DNA of 64,000 nucleotides from the human T2T-CHM13v2.0 reference genome, Homo sapiens (GCF_009914755.1 NC_060927.1), one strand, 5' to 3'; numbered from the stretch's first letter, positions 12,991-25,854 are shown. Numbers and translations are program-made. The notes: generated by a model from the letters alone, not told the origin.

Positions 12991-13599
12991 AAAATCAAGT
13001 AACTTTCAAGTCAACAATCTACCTTTCCTTAACTCTTCAGATATCCTCCTGGGTTTTGGCTTAATCTTTCTGGATTCTTTGCAGGTGCCAGCCAACCCTG
13101 GAAGGGACTCCCAGCTGAGCAGCACCTGGCTGGGCCTGGGAGTTGGGCCTCCAGGTTTTGCTCTGCACCTGGCAGGTTGGGGTTAATTCACTTCTGGCTT
13201 GTTAGTGAATTCAATTGCTGAGAGCGAGCACAGGTCTCCAGCTTCCAGCCAAGCTCCCCTGCTCCCCTTCCAAGGAGCCATGTCAGAAAAGGGAAATATT
13301 TAGTCATTAAAACAAATGCTCAGGAACATGACAAACGTCAAGGCCCAATCTCATAGCTGGGTGATATCCTGACATTTAAAACAGTTCCACAGCCTCCTCC
13401 TGATGCTCAAGATGCATCATCCATCTGGTTTCCAAAGTCACAGCTGGTGGCCCAGAAAACCCTCAGGCTGTCCTGCTGAGTGCAGACCCAGCATGCCCTA
13501 GGGTTCTGTCGATAACTTATTCTTTGCCATTTATCTGGCAGAAATGGCATCACACAGATTGTCCTGTGCTAACAATGTCGAAGTCATGGGTCTGCCTCC

Positions 13600-14442
13600 C
13601 AACCCACTTATCTATCCCTCCATCCACCAATCTACCCACCCATCCTCCATCTATTCAACCACCCATCCGTCTATATACCAGCCTACTCATCCACCAATTT
13701 ATCTGTCCACCAACCCACTCACCCATTGCCTCCATCTATTCACTATCCACCCATCTATATGTCAACCTACCCATCCACCCATTCATCCATCCACTCACCA
13801 ACCCACTCGCTCATTGCCTCCATCTACTCACCTATCCATCCATCTATTGCCAACCTATCCATCCATTCATCCGTCACCTTCATCTATTCGCCTATTCATC
13901 CATCTATATACCAGTTTACCCACCCATTGCCTCTATGTATTCACTATCCTCCCATCTATATGCCACATATCCATCCATCCATCCATCCATTTATCCATCT
14001 ACCCATCCATCCATCCACTCACCAACCCACCCATCCCTTACCTCTATTCACATATTCATCCATCTATATACCAATCCACCCATTGCCTCCGCCTACCCAC
14101 CTAGTCATCCATCTATATACCAACTTACCCTTCCATTCTTCCATCCTTTCACCAACCCACCTGTCCATTACCTCCACCTATTCACCTATTCATCCATCTA
14201 TATACCAAGCCACCCATTGTTTCTGTCTACTTAGCTATCCATCTATCTATATACCAACCTATCCATCCACCCATCCATGCATCCATCCATCCACTCACCA
14301 ATGCATCTACCCATTACCTCCACCTATTCACCTATTTATCCATCTATATACCAATCTACGTATCCATTGATCCAGCTATCCTATCCATCCACCTACCAAT
14401 CCAACCCATCTATCATCTACCAGCCAACCCATCCATTCACCC
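13600..14442. repeat. Complex (CCAT)n-derived array with a ~45-55 bp higher-order unit
   Basis: About 10 recurrences of CCATT(G/A)CCTCCATCTATTCACCTATTCATCCATCTATATACCA-like units. Confidence 0.85.
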
Positions 14443-14444
14443 AG

Positions 14445-14940
14445 TGAGGCAACAGACACTTAATGAGCACCTACCAACAATTCATGTATTCATTCATTTA
14501 TCCAGAAAATATTTATTAAGAGCTACTATTAATTCATTCACTCAGCCAACCAGTATGTATAGAGAATTTAATATCTCATTCATTTATTCAGCATTGAGCA
14601 CCTACTATTTATGTATTCACTTAATAGTAATTAGGCAACAAACATTTACTGATTTATTCAGTGAACATTTGCGCAGTCATTATTTAGTCAATCAGCCAGC
14701 AAGCTGGCATTTAGTGAGCATTTACTAGTGCCAGACCCTGTTCCAGGCACTTGGGATACTGTGATTATTAGGACAAAGTCCATGCCTTTTAGCAACGAAC
14801 AGTCTAAGCAAGAAGACAGACCCATCAATAGAAAACTGTTCTGCAAGGCTGTTAGTGCAGGAGACCTCCAAGAAGGTGTATGAAATCCAGTCTGGAAGCT
14901 TTAGGGAAGGCTTCCTATGGGAGTCAACAGGTGAACTGTA
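14445..14940 (-). mobile_element. L2 3' end with multiple degenerate tail copies
   Basis: Repeated CATTCATT...TTTA(T/G)TGAGCAC motifs, then GTGCCAGACCCTGTTCCAGGCACTTGGGATAC. Confidence 0.65.
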
Positions 14941-15337
14941 ACTCACCTGTAGGTGTGAAATTAAACCACCTGAAATCCCAGCTCTGTTTTCTAGCTCTGT
15001 AATTTAGGGGTGTGACTTTCTATCTGAATGTCAGTTTCCTCATCTGTAAAGTGGGGATAACAACAGTGCTTACCATATAGAATTGTGAATAAGTGCTAGC
15101 TCTTACTATTTCTACTTAAAGCAAGGGTAGCAGTTAGTCAAGGGAGAAGTAGCGGGGAGGGCACTCCAGCCAGCAAGACCAAAGCAAAGCAAAGCAAAGG
15201 CCAAAGGCCACAAAATTGTGAGTGCAGGACCAGGGTATGGGGAGACTAAAAGTAGTTTAGGGTTGCTGCAAGCAGCGATAAGAGAGGGAAGAGAAGAGAA
15301 AAAAGGGGCTAGGGAAAAAGAAGAAAGGGGCGGGGGT

Positions 15338-15430
15338 CACAGCATCTAGGATGGCAGTTTTCAAAGGTTGCTCCTGGAGCACAGCATCTAGGATGGCAGT
15401 TCTCAAAGGTTGCTCCTGGAGCACAGCATC
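15338..15430 (+). repeat. 42-bp tandem duplication
   Basis: CACAGCATCTAGGATGGCAGTT(T/C)TCAAAGGTTGCTCCTGGAG twice (15338-15379, 15380-15421), plus a third CACAGCATC. Confidence 0.95.
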
Positions 15431-15570
15431 AGCATCACACAAGGACTTGCTGGAAATGCAGATTCTTGAGCCCAGCCCCAGACCTGCTGGAGGAGAAATT
15501 CCAGGGCCAGCGTCCAGCATCCAGTGTGTTAAGAAGCCCTCCGCGTTACTGTAATGCCCTCAAGTTTGGG
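15395..15570. mobile_element. MER5A DNA transposon remnant
   Basis: CAGCATCAGCATCAC...GGAAATGCAGATTCTTGAGCCCAGCCCCAGACCTGCTG. Confidence 0.7.
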
Positions 15571-16369
15571 TCTCTTGGGACTGGTCCAGGGTGCTGGAAG
15601 TTATTCTATATTCGGAGGAGGAACTTGGGAGGAGTCCAGAAAGGCTTCCTTGGGGGATATTTGTCAACAGATTTACCTTTACTCCCAAATAATAAAATAG
15701 CTTTAGTTGCAAGGAGTTGGTGAGGGAACCAAGTGGGCAGGGAGCATGGGTACCTGAGAGAAAAACCCATCTCTCTTGCTGGCAAAGACATGCCTTGCCT
15801 GCTCGCTGGGGAAGGGATGGGGACACGGTGTCCAGGTATGAGAAAGCCCTTGCCTCCAAGACCGTTGCTCCTGAAGGGAAGGGGCAGCTTCTGGCTCTGA
15901 GCCCGGAGCACCAGGCCTGGGGTCTGCCAGTTCTGAGGGTGCTATTGCCCTCTCTGCCCCCCCGCCCTCCGTCTGTCACACTGGAGGATGTCACAGGAAA
16001 CAATGTGCCCCTGCGAGGGCCCGGCTGCATTGGCAGCGGCCTGGCTTCAGGCATCACAATGACTCTCATTTCCTAGGAAACAGGGAGTCGCACTTGTACC
16101 TTTGCTGGGAGCCTCCGCATTTGGAGCTGTCACGTGACTCGGGGAGCTATTTTTAGCCTCCCCAGCCCTGTGTTGTAGGAAGAATGATTTGATGAAAATA
16201 CTAAACTCATTAAAAGCCTGGGGGATGGGGAGGGAAAGAAGGGCTGCCAGAGTGGGGAGGCTACAGCCTCCAAGATTCCAACCCAGGCTGAGCAGCACAG
16301 AGGTAAAGACAGCAGGGACCTGGTATTTCCACGGGCACCGTGCCCTGGGGAGCTGGGGCAGTAGGGACT

Positions 16370-16610
16370 ATTAACTCTAATACCCGGTACTGCTGGTCAG
16401 TACTATGGGCCAAGCGCTATGCACAATACTTTACTGCATCTGCCCCACAATACTCCTAGAAAAGAAGAGCCAACAACATTCCATTTTGCAGACGAGAAAA
16501 CTGAGGCCCAGAGGAGTTAAAGAAGTTGCTCAAAGTCATTAGCTAAGAAGCTGGGAATTCCTAGGGCTCAAACCCAAGCCATCTGACCCAGGAGTTTGCC
16601 CTTTACCCAT
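16370..16610 (-). mobile_element. MIR SINE
   Basis: CCATTTTGCAGACGAGAAAACTGAGGCCCAGAGGAGTTAA. Confidence 0.75.
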
Positions 16611-16674
16611 CCTGCTGCAGGAAACCCCATCTGTACCCACTCACTGTTCAAAACAGAGGCACAGGACGAGCATC

Positions 16675-16830
16675 AGCAGCATGTGACCCAAGCAGTCAAA
16701 CAGGACCCCACACTTAGAAGGACCCTATGCTTAGTTAATGCTCAGCTGTCACCGACTTGAAATTCTCAATGATTTTTTAACAGGGGTCCCTGCATTCTCA
16801 CTTTGCACTGGGCCCTGCAAATGATGCCGC
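16675..16830. mobile_element. MER91-like hAT-Tip100 remnant
   Basis: CTTGAAATTCTCAATGATTTTT...CATTCTCACTTTGCACTGGGCCCTGCAAAT. Confidence 0.6.
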
Positions 16831-17090
16831 TTGTGCTGCTGGAGAACCCTCCTGCCCTCTTTGCAAGTTCCTCTGATCTGCACGCTCAACTAGTTTCTCA
16901 ATTTTTCTTCCTCCTGTTCAGAATCAAGGGGCACTTTCTTTGTATTGTGTTCACAGCTGAGATTCAGGTTCTGAAGTCACCCAGGCTTGGGTTCCAATCC
17001 CAGCTCTGCCGCTTTGTAGCTGTGCACTCCCAGGAATCGCCTTCACTTTTCTGAGCCTGCGTTTCCTTGTCTGTAAAAACGAAGACAGTA

Positions 17091-17525
<435 letters not shown>

Positions 17526-18359
17526 CTAAGATGTCAAGTCAGCTGAGTGGACCCCAATGTCTAGACCAATAGCATGTGATTCCCAAGGATCCCCAAAAGC
17601 TCAGATCCTCCAAGAACAAACCCAAGAAAGCCCCAGGTTTCAAGCTGACGTAGGGAGACAGTCTTTACCTTCACTCTATCATTTATCAAATGTGTCCATA
17701 GCTAATGTCACGTTCACATGAGCCCTGTGAAACTGGCATTAAAACTGCCTTCATTTTATAGACGCAGAAGAACGAACCTGGAGACTTGCCAAGGTCACAG
17801 CCAGAAGTGGCACAGCCAAGATTAGTACCAAAGCCTAACTTCAAGTCTAGTGGGAATGTCAGCTTCCCCCATGCTAGGCAGGCAGCTTGTCCCTTTATCC
17901 CACAGAGAAAGGCGACTTTGGCTTCCACCCCAGCCTCTTCCTCCAAAGACTCAGAGCCCGGCCTAGGGTTGCAAGCAGCAGTGGTGTGGACAAACAACAG
18001 GCCAGTGGCCTCTGGACACCTGTACAGAGAACCCCTTCCTTGCTCCCTTAGCCAAAAATGCTTGAAGTGGCCTCATCCAAACCAGCTCCTTCAAGCTCTG
18101 ACCACCCATTTCCCCGCTGCAACCTCAGAGGTTCAGCTTGCTCTCCAGGCAGGATCCCCCTGCTATAGAGGGACTGGGGAGAAAATGCTGGTGAAGGTGG
18201 CAGTGGGAGAAGGTGCTTCAGACAGAGACCAGAGGGTTAGCACGGGCGCTTCAGAACGCAGGAGAGGAAGAAGGATTACAGGGAGATTGTTTTCAGAATC
18301 ATATTTTGCCTTCCAAGGACATCCAGAATCAGAGAGCTGCCAGAGCCCAAGTCGAGTCT

Positions 18360-18772
18360 GTTGGTGCCTTACCTATACCCCATCAGCCCTTACTGCTCCC
18401 TGACACCCACAGGGTTCTTGGGCAAGTACCTCCACCCCTCTGTGCATGGCGCCCTCTGTCCAGGAGCGTGCTTGGCCAGGGGAGGACATGGAATTAGCGC
18501 CCCAGGAGCAGCCGCAGGGATACACAGGGGGAACTGGAGGCTAAGCACCCAGCTTCCTCCATCCTCAGGGGGAACATTCTAAGACATGTCCCCAACTGTC
18601 TCCCAGGGTCCCTGATGAGATGGAGTCCCCGTCACCCACAGCAGTAACCTGCTTATTAATGTTCCCTGCTTCCCACATCCTCCCAGAGTTTCCTGGGGTC
18701 ACCTCCCACACGAACTACTGGTCCTCAAATCTTCACCTCAGAGTCTGCTTCCAAGGGAATCCAGCCTAACAC
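18360..18772 (+). mobile_element. LTR16-family LTR
   Basis: GTCACCCACAGCAGTAACCTGCTTATTAA...CTCAAATCTTCACCTCAGAGTCTGCTTCC...CCTAACACA. Confidence 0.6.
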
Positions 18773-19578
18773 AGAAGTCATTCATTCATTCGTTCATGCA
18801 TTCATTCATGCTTCAGATCCTCATTGCCTATCTGTCATTGTATGAGCATAAAAAGTTAGTTCCGTGGGCCTCAGTTTCCATCTCTAGAAAATGAGATTTG
18901 TTATTCAGGCAACAAACATTTATGGAGCAATGGAGGAACTCCACGTGCCAAGCCTCTGACACCAGCTCCATCTCAGACATCTCTGGATATGAATAAAACA
19001 GATGCCTTTACTGAAGGTGTCCCATGCGCCAGACCCCATGCAAAGACCTCCATGGGCATTCTCTTCCTTCCTACTCACAATGACCCAGTAAAGTCGCTAT
19101 TATTAGACCCCTCTCACAGGCAGGGAATTGAACTCTCAGGGAGGATAAGTGTTTTTCCAAGGTGACAGAACAGTCAGTAAGTGGCAAAGCCAAGATCCCA
19201 AGCAAGGTCTCTGGGAATCTTCAGCCTGGTAAACCTTGACCTAACCACCAAGCTGCACAAATGCTCATTCTCCCCTTGAACCACCAGCTGGTGCAGAGCC
19301 TCGAGGAGCCAGGTTCCTCTCACCAGCCATGCAACCGCTGTCATGTTTTCATCCAATGGCTAATGGCTATCCATGACTCAGCCTTAAGTGGAGGAGTTAA
19401 GATGAAAAGGGCTCAGGCTCAAGAGTCAATTCCCCATTCCTACCCTTACTCATTCTGTGACCTTGGGTAAGTCAGTTCACCTCTCTGAACCTCAGACTCT
19501 TCATCTGTAAAATGGGGTGGTGGTGAGGGTTGGGTCTTTGTATTCTGATTATAAACTAATGCCCTTTGACTATTATTA

Positions 19579-19877
<299 letters not shown>

Positions 19878-20329
19878 AACTCAGACCCAATCTGTCAGAC
19901 TCTAAACCCTATATTTAAAGAAATACCGCCACCACCACACACACACGTTTACCTACATACCAATCTAGATGAAGTTATTGGTAAAGGCAGTATCTAACTA
20001 TCTTTCTAGAAGTTTCCAGAAGTGTCTGAAAATTAATGGGATGGACTCTGAATGCTTTTCCCATAGAAACAGTGTTCCCAGCCTGCAAAAGCTTCTTTAA
20101 GCCACCATGTGCCTAACGGCTGGCTCAGAGCCCCACATCAGCCTCACCCCACCACCAGCTAGATCTTCTTATATGAGAAAAGACTGGGTACAAAAGGCAA
20201 ACTTCACAAGGCCAAGAACACTATAAGCACTAAGTTCAGGGGACTCCAAAGGAGGAGGGAGAAGGGGTGGGCAGGACCTTCTAGACAGCAGTGACTAGTG
20301 ATGTCCATCTGAGTAACAGAAGGCTCTGG

Positions 20330-20530
20330 TGGGAAGGAAGGTCTGACTCTGTCACTGCCTAGCTGGGTGACCTTGGGCAAGTTACCTCTCTGAACCTCAA
20401 TTTCCTAATCCGTGGAATGAGATAACAATACCACCAGCAGCAGGCGGTTGTTGTGGGGATTAGATGGGATAATCTGTGTAAAGGCCTCAGCTCACCACCT
20501 ATGCCTGGTTAAGTGGTAACTCTTGTTGCC
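20330..20530 (+). mobile_element. MIR SINE
   Basis: TAGCTGGGTGACCTTGGGCAAGTTACCTCTCTGAACCTCAATTTCC. Confidence 0.75.
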
Positions 20531-20559
20531 TAAGTCAGTGAAGGATGCGGCAAATCATG

Positions 20560-21065
20560 TTTTCCAAAATACATAACTTCGGCACTCTTCCACCAGAAGA
20601 CAGAACTTGGGTTCTCTCCCTGGAATCTGGGCAGGCTTGTGATTACAATGGAAGTGACACTACGCAACTTCCAAGGCCCGGTCACAAAAGATAATGCAAC
20701 TTCTGCCTGGTTCTCTTGGGATGCTCACTCTTGGGACCCAGCCACCATACTGTGAGGAAGCCCACACAGCCCATGGAGAAAATCCTACACATGGAGAAAA
20801 TCCAAGGTCCCCAACCCACAGCTCCAGGCTGAGCTCCCAGCCGACCAACAGACCTACTTGCTAGCCACAGCCACATGAGCGAGCCATCTTGAAATTGTAT
20901 CCTCCAACCCAGTGGAGCTGCCTCAGCTTCTGTCACATGGGAACTGAGAAAAGCCCTCCTCTCCATGCCCTGCCCAAATTGCAGATTTATGAACAAAATA
21001 TATGATGTTGTTGTAAGCCACTGAGCTTGGAGGTGGTCTGTTTGCAGCAGTAGATAACTGATTCA
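20560..21065 (+). mobile_element. MLT1F-like LTR
   Basis: CCCAGCCACCATACTGTGAGGAAGCCC...GCCCTGCCCAAATTGCAGATT...GCAGCAGTAGATAACTG. Confidence 0.75.
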
Positions 21066-21246
21066 GAGAGGATAAGGGGCTGCCCAAGGTCACACAGCCG
21101 CTCAGTGGAACCCAGTCTTGAGCCAAAGTCCCCAGCATCCTGGGGTAATTCTCCCTTTCACAATCCCTATTTAACAGACAGAAAAGCAGGGCTCAGAGAA
21201 GTTAAGGAAATACACTTAGCTTAGAAGTTAAGGTCACGAAGCAAGT

Positions 21247-21525
21247 GTTCTGGTTTAATTGTGCTCTTTCTCTCAAAGATGTGTTGAACTCCTAAACTCC
21301 AGAACCTCAGAATGTGACCTTATTTGGAGATAGGCTCTTACGGAAGTAATCGAGTTAACATAAAATGATTAGAATGGGCCCTAATCCAATATAACTGGTG
21401 TCCTTATGCAAAGGGGAAATGGACAGAGACAGACATGCACAGAGGAAGACAGTGAGAAGACACCAGGAGAATGCAATGTACAAGCTAAAGAACGCCTGAG
21501 GCTACTAGACGCTAGGGGAGAGGCA
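21247..21525 (+). mobile_element. MLT1B-like LTR, 3'-truncated
   Basis: CCTCAGAATGTGACCTTATTTGGAGATAGG...GGGCCCTAATCCAATATAACTGGTGTCCTTAT. Confidence 0.75.
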
Positions 21526-23757
21526 TTCTGGGAAGGCTTCTTGGAGGAAGTGACGCCTAAGTCCTGAAGGATGCATAGGAGTTAGCTGAGAGATGATGGG
21601 AGGGAAGCATATTCTCTGTAGAGGGGGCAGCTTGGGGTTCCGGGAGTCCTGCTGTAAGGACTGAGAAGCTCGCAGGCAGTAGCTGGAATGGTGTGCGTGG
21701 CAAAGGCCTGGGCTGGAGCAGTGCCCGGAGGCAGGATGAGGATGGCCTTTGTTAATTCAGCAGGCAGGCCGTTTGGATGTCATCCGAGGGCAGTGGGGAG
21801 CCATCTGCCTTTTTCTTCTGAGCCTTGTCACCCCAGCGGGTGTCCTCTAAGAGCATTTCACACTGTGGCCTGGCCCTCCTCCTTGGAGCCTGGAAGTGAG
21901 AGAAATGGTGGGTTTGTGCTCAGCAGGAGAGGAGCTGTCTTTGCAAAGCCCCCTCGGGTCTGGGAATTAAGGGCTTCTGCTGCCGACTTCCACCCTGCAG
22001 CCCTTCAAAAAGTGTCATCACTGCCAAGTGCAATTCCAAATAAAGAGACGCCTTCGCAGAGCCACCTGCGGGTTGAGGGAAAGCTGGAAGGCTGGGGGGC
22101 ATCACTGCGAGGCCCTCGAGGGCTGCTCACAGGAATCTCTCCTAGGGCGTGGCCCCAAGCTGGAGTCCTCTCGCCACCAGCCCCAGAGGCACTGGGTGGA
22201 ATCCTTATGTTGTTACTGTTAATAGAAAGGGTTTCTGGATAAAGACACCCTCCTCCTACCTCCTAAGGAGCCCAGGGCCTGTAGAGATTGTCATTAAGAT
22301 TGCTGTTATCGACAGCAAGGTCCACATGATGTGGAGATTTGGATGCTGTTCTTCTGCGGCCTCCCCTACGCCCATAAAAGATAGCTTCTCTGTGTTTCCC
22401 AAAGCCTTCTCATACATTCCTTTCAGATATGAATTCCTCAGCCAAACCAGAGCTTTGGAAGTGTCCCTGGGGCCTCCCTAGTCTGAGGAGTGCCTCCACC
22501 CACCCACCCCAGCTTCTGGAGTGCCTGTGCTTCCACCAACATCCACTCAACTCTTCACCAATGCAAAGTCAATGAATGTTGTCAACAAACATGTCAGGTA
22601 ACCAGTACAAGATAGAGCAGAAGCTGGGAACCTGGGATAACTGGGGCATGGAAAACACCTCCCCACCCTCCCCAAAGGCCCCAAAGATGCACATGTGGCT
22701 TTCAGTACCAGGGCAGGTACCATGCCACCCTATGGGCCTCAGGAAGTCAGCCAGTTCTGGCTCTTCCACTCACTACCTGCAGCTTTGGGCATATTACTCT
22801 AACTCCCAGAACCTCAGTTTATTCCTCTGTAAAATGGGTATAGTACGGGCACCGACATCATGGGGCTACTGTGAGGGTGCAGGGTGATAATGTCAACAGA
22901 GCACCCAGCGTGGTATTGGGCACTTAGGAGCCCTCGGTGACTGGAAGCTGCAATAGGGCAGGGGGTCATGGAGCCAGGTGAGAGAAGGGGCATGGAAAGA
23001 AGCTTCTAGAACCCCCTGTGGCCTGGCCACCAAATTGCCTGGTGGGAACAAATGAGCCCCAAGTCGGCAGTCACAGGAGCTACCAGATGCTGCCCTGAGC
23101 CCTCTCCACGTGTTCTTCGTTTCATCATTACCCAGACCCAAGCAGGTGGGCTCTGTTATCCTCTCTATTTTAAAGAAGAGGAAGCTGAGGCTCCTAAACC
23201 CCAATTAATGTGCCCAATGTGATCACAAGGCTAGTAAGTGGTGGAGTCCAGGTGCCAGAAAGAGGTCCAGAGAGCACCTCTGCCTAGAGTGTGGCCCGCT
23301 CGAGCAGAAAGCAGCCCCAGTCAGCCTGAGATGAACAGCTCTCCCCTCGGGCTTAGAACTCCCAGCTGCTTCTCTGAGCTGGACTCCTGCCAGTGTTCAC
23401 CCAGGTAACGGAATTGCCTGGGGAGCCCTGCTTGACTCCAGGGAAGCCGGCGGGGGGGGCCCCCAGGCAGAGAAATGAAGTGAGCAAGACACCTCCCGTC
23501 CCCAGCCTTCCCCCGCTCATCCCTCTCCTCCAGAGGAGCTGGAAGGAGGAGTTCCTGCAGAAAGAGTCCACACCCAGGAGGACACTGTGCTCGGGCTTAT
23601 GCCAGGAGGCCCCCCCCTACCCCAGCAAGGGCGGCGACAGGAGGCGGAAACCCTGGGAGCAGAGGGGGAGGGGCCGGCCCAAGGAGTGTCTGAGCGCCTT
23701 CTCCCAGGCTGCCTGGAACAGGATGTTCCAAAACGAGGAGGCTAGCCAAGAAGCAGG

Positions 23758-25285
23758 GCGTGTGTGCGTGTCTGTGTAGCGTATGTGTGTGTGTGCGTGG
23801 TGTGCATACGTGCATGTGGTATATGCATGTGTGCATGTGTGGTGTGTGTGCCCTGTGTTGTAAGTGCACGTGCACGTGGGAGGGTGTGGTGTGCGAGGGC
23901 TATGTGTGAGTGTGGTGTCTGTGTGTGACGTGTGGCATATGTGATGTATGTGGTGTGTGTGGGTGTGTATATGCATGTGGTATGTGCACATGCACACGGT
24001 GTCTGGTGTGTGGCGGGGAGTGTTTGTGTATGTGTGGTGTGTGTGCATGTGTGTGAGCGGATGTGTGTGGGCCTGTGTATGTGTTGGCATATGTGGTGTG
24101 TGTAGTGGGGTTGTTTGTGATTGTGTGGTGTGTGTGTGTATAGTGTGTTTGGGGGATGTTTGTGATTTGTGGTGTGTGTGTGTGGTGGCTATGGTGGGGG
24201 TGTTTGTGATTGTGTGGTGTGTGTGGGTGTGTATGTGTGTGGTGTCTGTGGTGGTGTTTGTGTGGTGTGTGTATGTGCGTGGCAGGGGTATTTGTGATTG
24301 ATGTGTGTGTGGTGGGTGTGGTGGGGGTGTTTGTGATTGTGTGGTGTGATGTGTGGGTGTGTATGTGTGTGGTGGGTGTGGTGGTGTTTGGACTGTGGTG
24401 TGTGTGTGGGTATGTGTGGTGTGTGGGTGTGTATGTGTGGTGTGTGTGATGTGTGTGGGTGTGTATGGTGTGTGTGATGTGTGTGGGTGTGTATGTGTGG
24501 TGTGCGTGGTGTGTGGGTGTGGTGGGGGTGTGTGTGATTGTGTGGGGTTGTGTGTGGGTGTGTGTGTGTGGGGGTGTGTATGTGTGTGGTGTATGATATG
24601 TGGGGGTATGTGTGGTGTGTGAGTGTGTATGTGTGGTGTGTGTGGGTGTGTATGTGTGAGGTATGTGTGGGTGTATATGTGTGTGGTGTGTGGTATGTGG
24701 GGGTATGTGTGGTGTGTGTGGGTGTGTATATGTGTATGTGTGGTGTGTGGGTGTGTGTGGTGTGTGTGGGTGTGTATATATGTGTATATGTGTATGTGTG
24801 TTGTGGGTGTGGGTCTGTATGTGTGTGATGTGTGTGGGTGTGTATGTGTGGTGTGCATGGTGTGTGTGGGTGTGGTGGGGTGTTCGTGATTGTGTGGTGT
24901 TGTGTGTGGGTGTGTATGTGGGTGGTGTGTGTGATGTGTGTGGGTGTGTATGTGTGTGGTATGTGTGGGTGTGCATGTGTGTGGTGTGTGGTATGTGGGG
25001 GTGTATATGTGTGGTGTATGTGGGTGTGTGGTGTGCGTGGGTGTGTATATATGTATGTGTGGTGTGTATATGTGTATGTGTGGTGTGTGTGTGTGTCGTG
25101 TGTGTGTATGTGTGGTGGGTGTGGGTCTGTATGTGTGTGATGTGTATGGGTGTGTATGTGTGTATATGTGGTGTGTGGGTGTACGTGTGTGGTGTGTGGG
25201 TATGTGTGTGGTATGTGTGGTGGTTTGTGACTGGTGTGTGTATGTGTGTGGTGGGAGTGTTTGTGATTGTGTGGTGTGTGTGTGG
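23758..25285. repeat. ~1.5 kb TG-rich complex array (TGTG/TGTGG/TGTATG)
   Basis: Nearly all G+T on the plus strand, with recurring TTTGTGATTGTGTGGTG submotifs. Confidence 0.95.
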
Positions 25286-25854
25286 GGGGGAGGGACTGGC
25301 ACTGTGGAACACCAGGACAGGATCTGAGTGTGGGTGGGTTAGGTTCACCTATGTAGAGCAAGGCGGAAGTGACGAGGAAGTGGAGGAGCAAGAGGAGAGG
25401 GAGGAAAAGGAAGGGGGAAGCGAGGGAGGCAAAAGGAGGAGGCCAGCGATTGCAGGGGTATCTCATACTCTCACTCTCCCCTACCTGGGGACAGCAGGGG
25501 TGTTGGAAAGGGCACTGGGGGTCCCTGCTCTGAGAAAACCCTCATGGGGCATCCAGGTGGTGGACTGGAAAACTGTCCCAAGGGTCTTCTGCCCTCTCTC
25601 CATGGCCGTCAGCCCCATGGCCTCTCTGGCTGACAAGTGGGTTCCCCTGAACTCATATGTCAACTTAATTGCCTCCCCCTGCCCCTATCCTTCCTGATGA
25701 ATAGGAGTAGCTGGCTGACTGGGGACCACTTATTCTGGACATTGCTGAAGAGGGTCAAGGCATGCTTTCGGTTTGATCTAGGGTTTCTGTCAGTGATCGC
25801 TAGTGATTCATGTGATACTGTAAGAAGTCAGTCAGGGCCTTGGTGTTGACAAGG

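Noticed and set aside
13524-14370. Three overlapping ORFs of 186-236 aa
   Set aside because: Open in all three frames because of the CCAT repeat composition
17786-18403. 205-aa ORF
   Set aside because: Non-ATG start inside a MIR-like segment, ends in an LTR; no recognisable protein similarity
23617-25697. Very long ORFs (561, 482, 425 and 344 aa) rich in His/Thr/Pro or Val/Cys
   Set aside because: They are translations of the TG/CA array, which lacks stop codons in several frames; no coding complexity or splice structure
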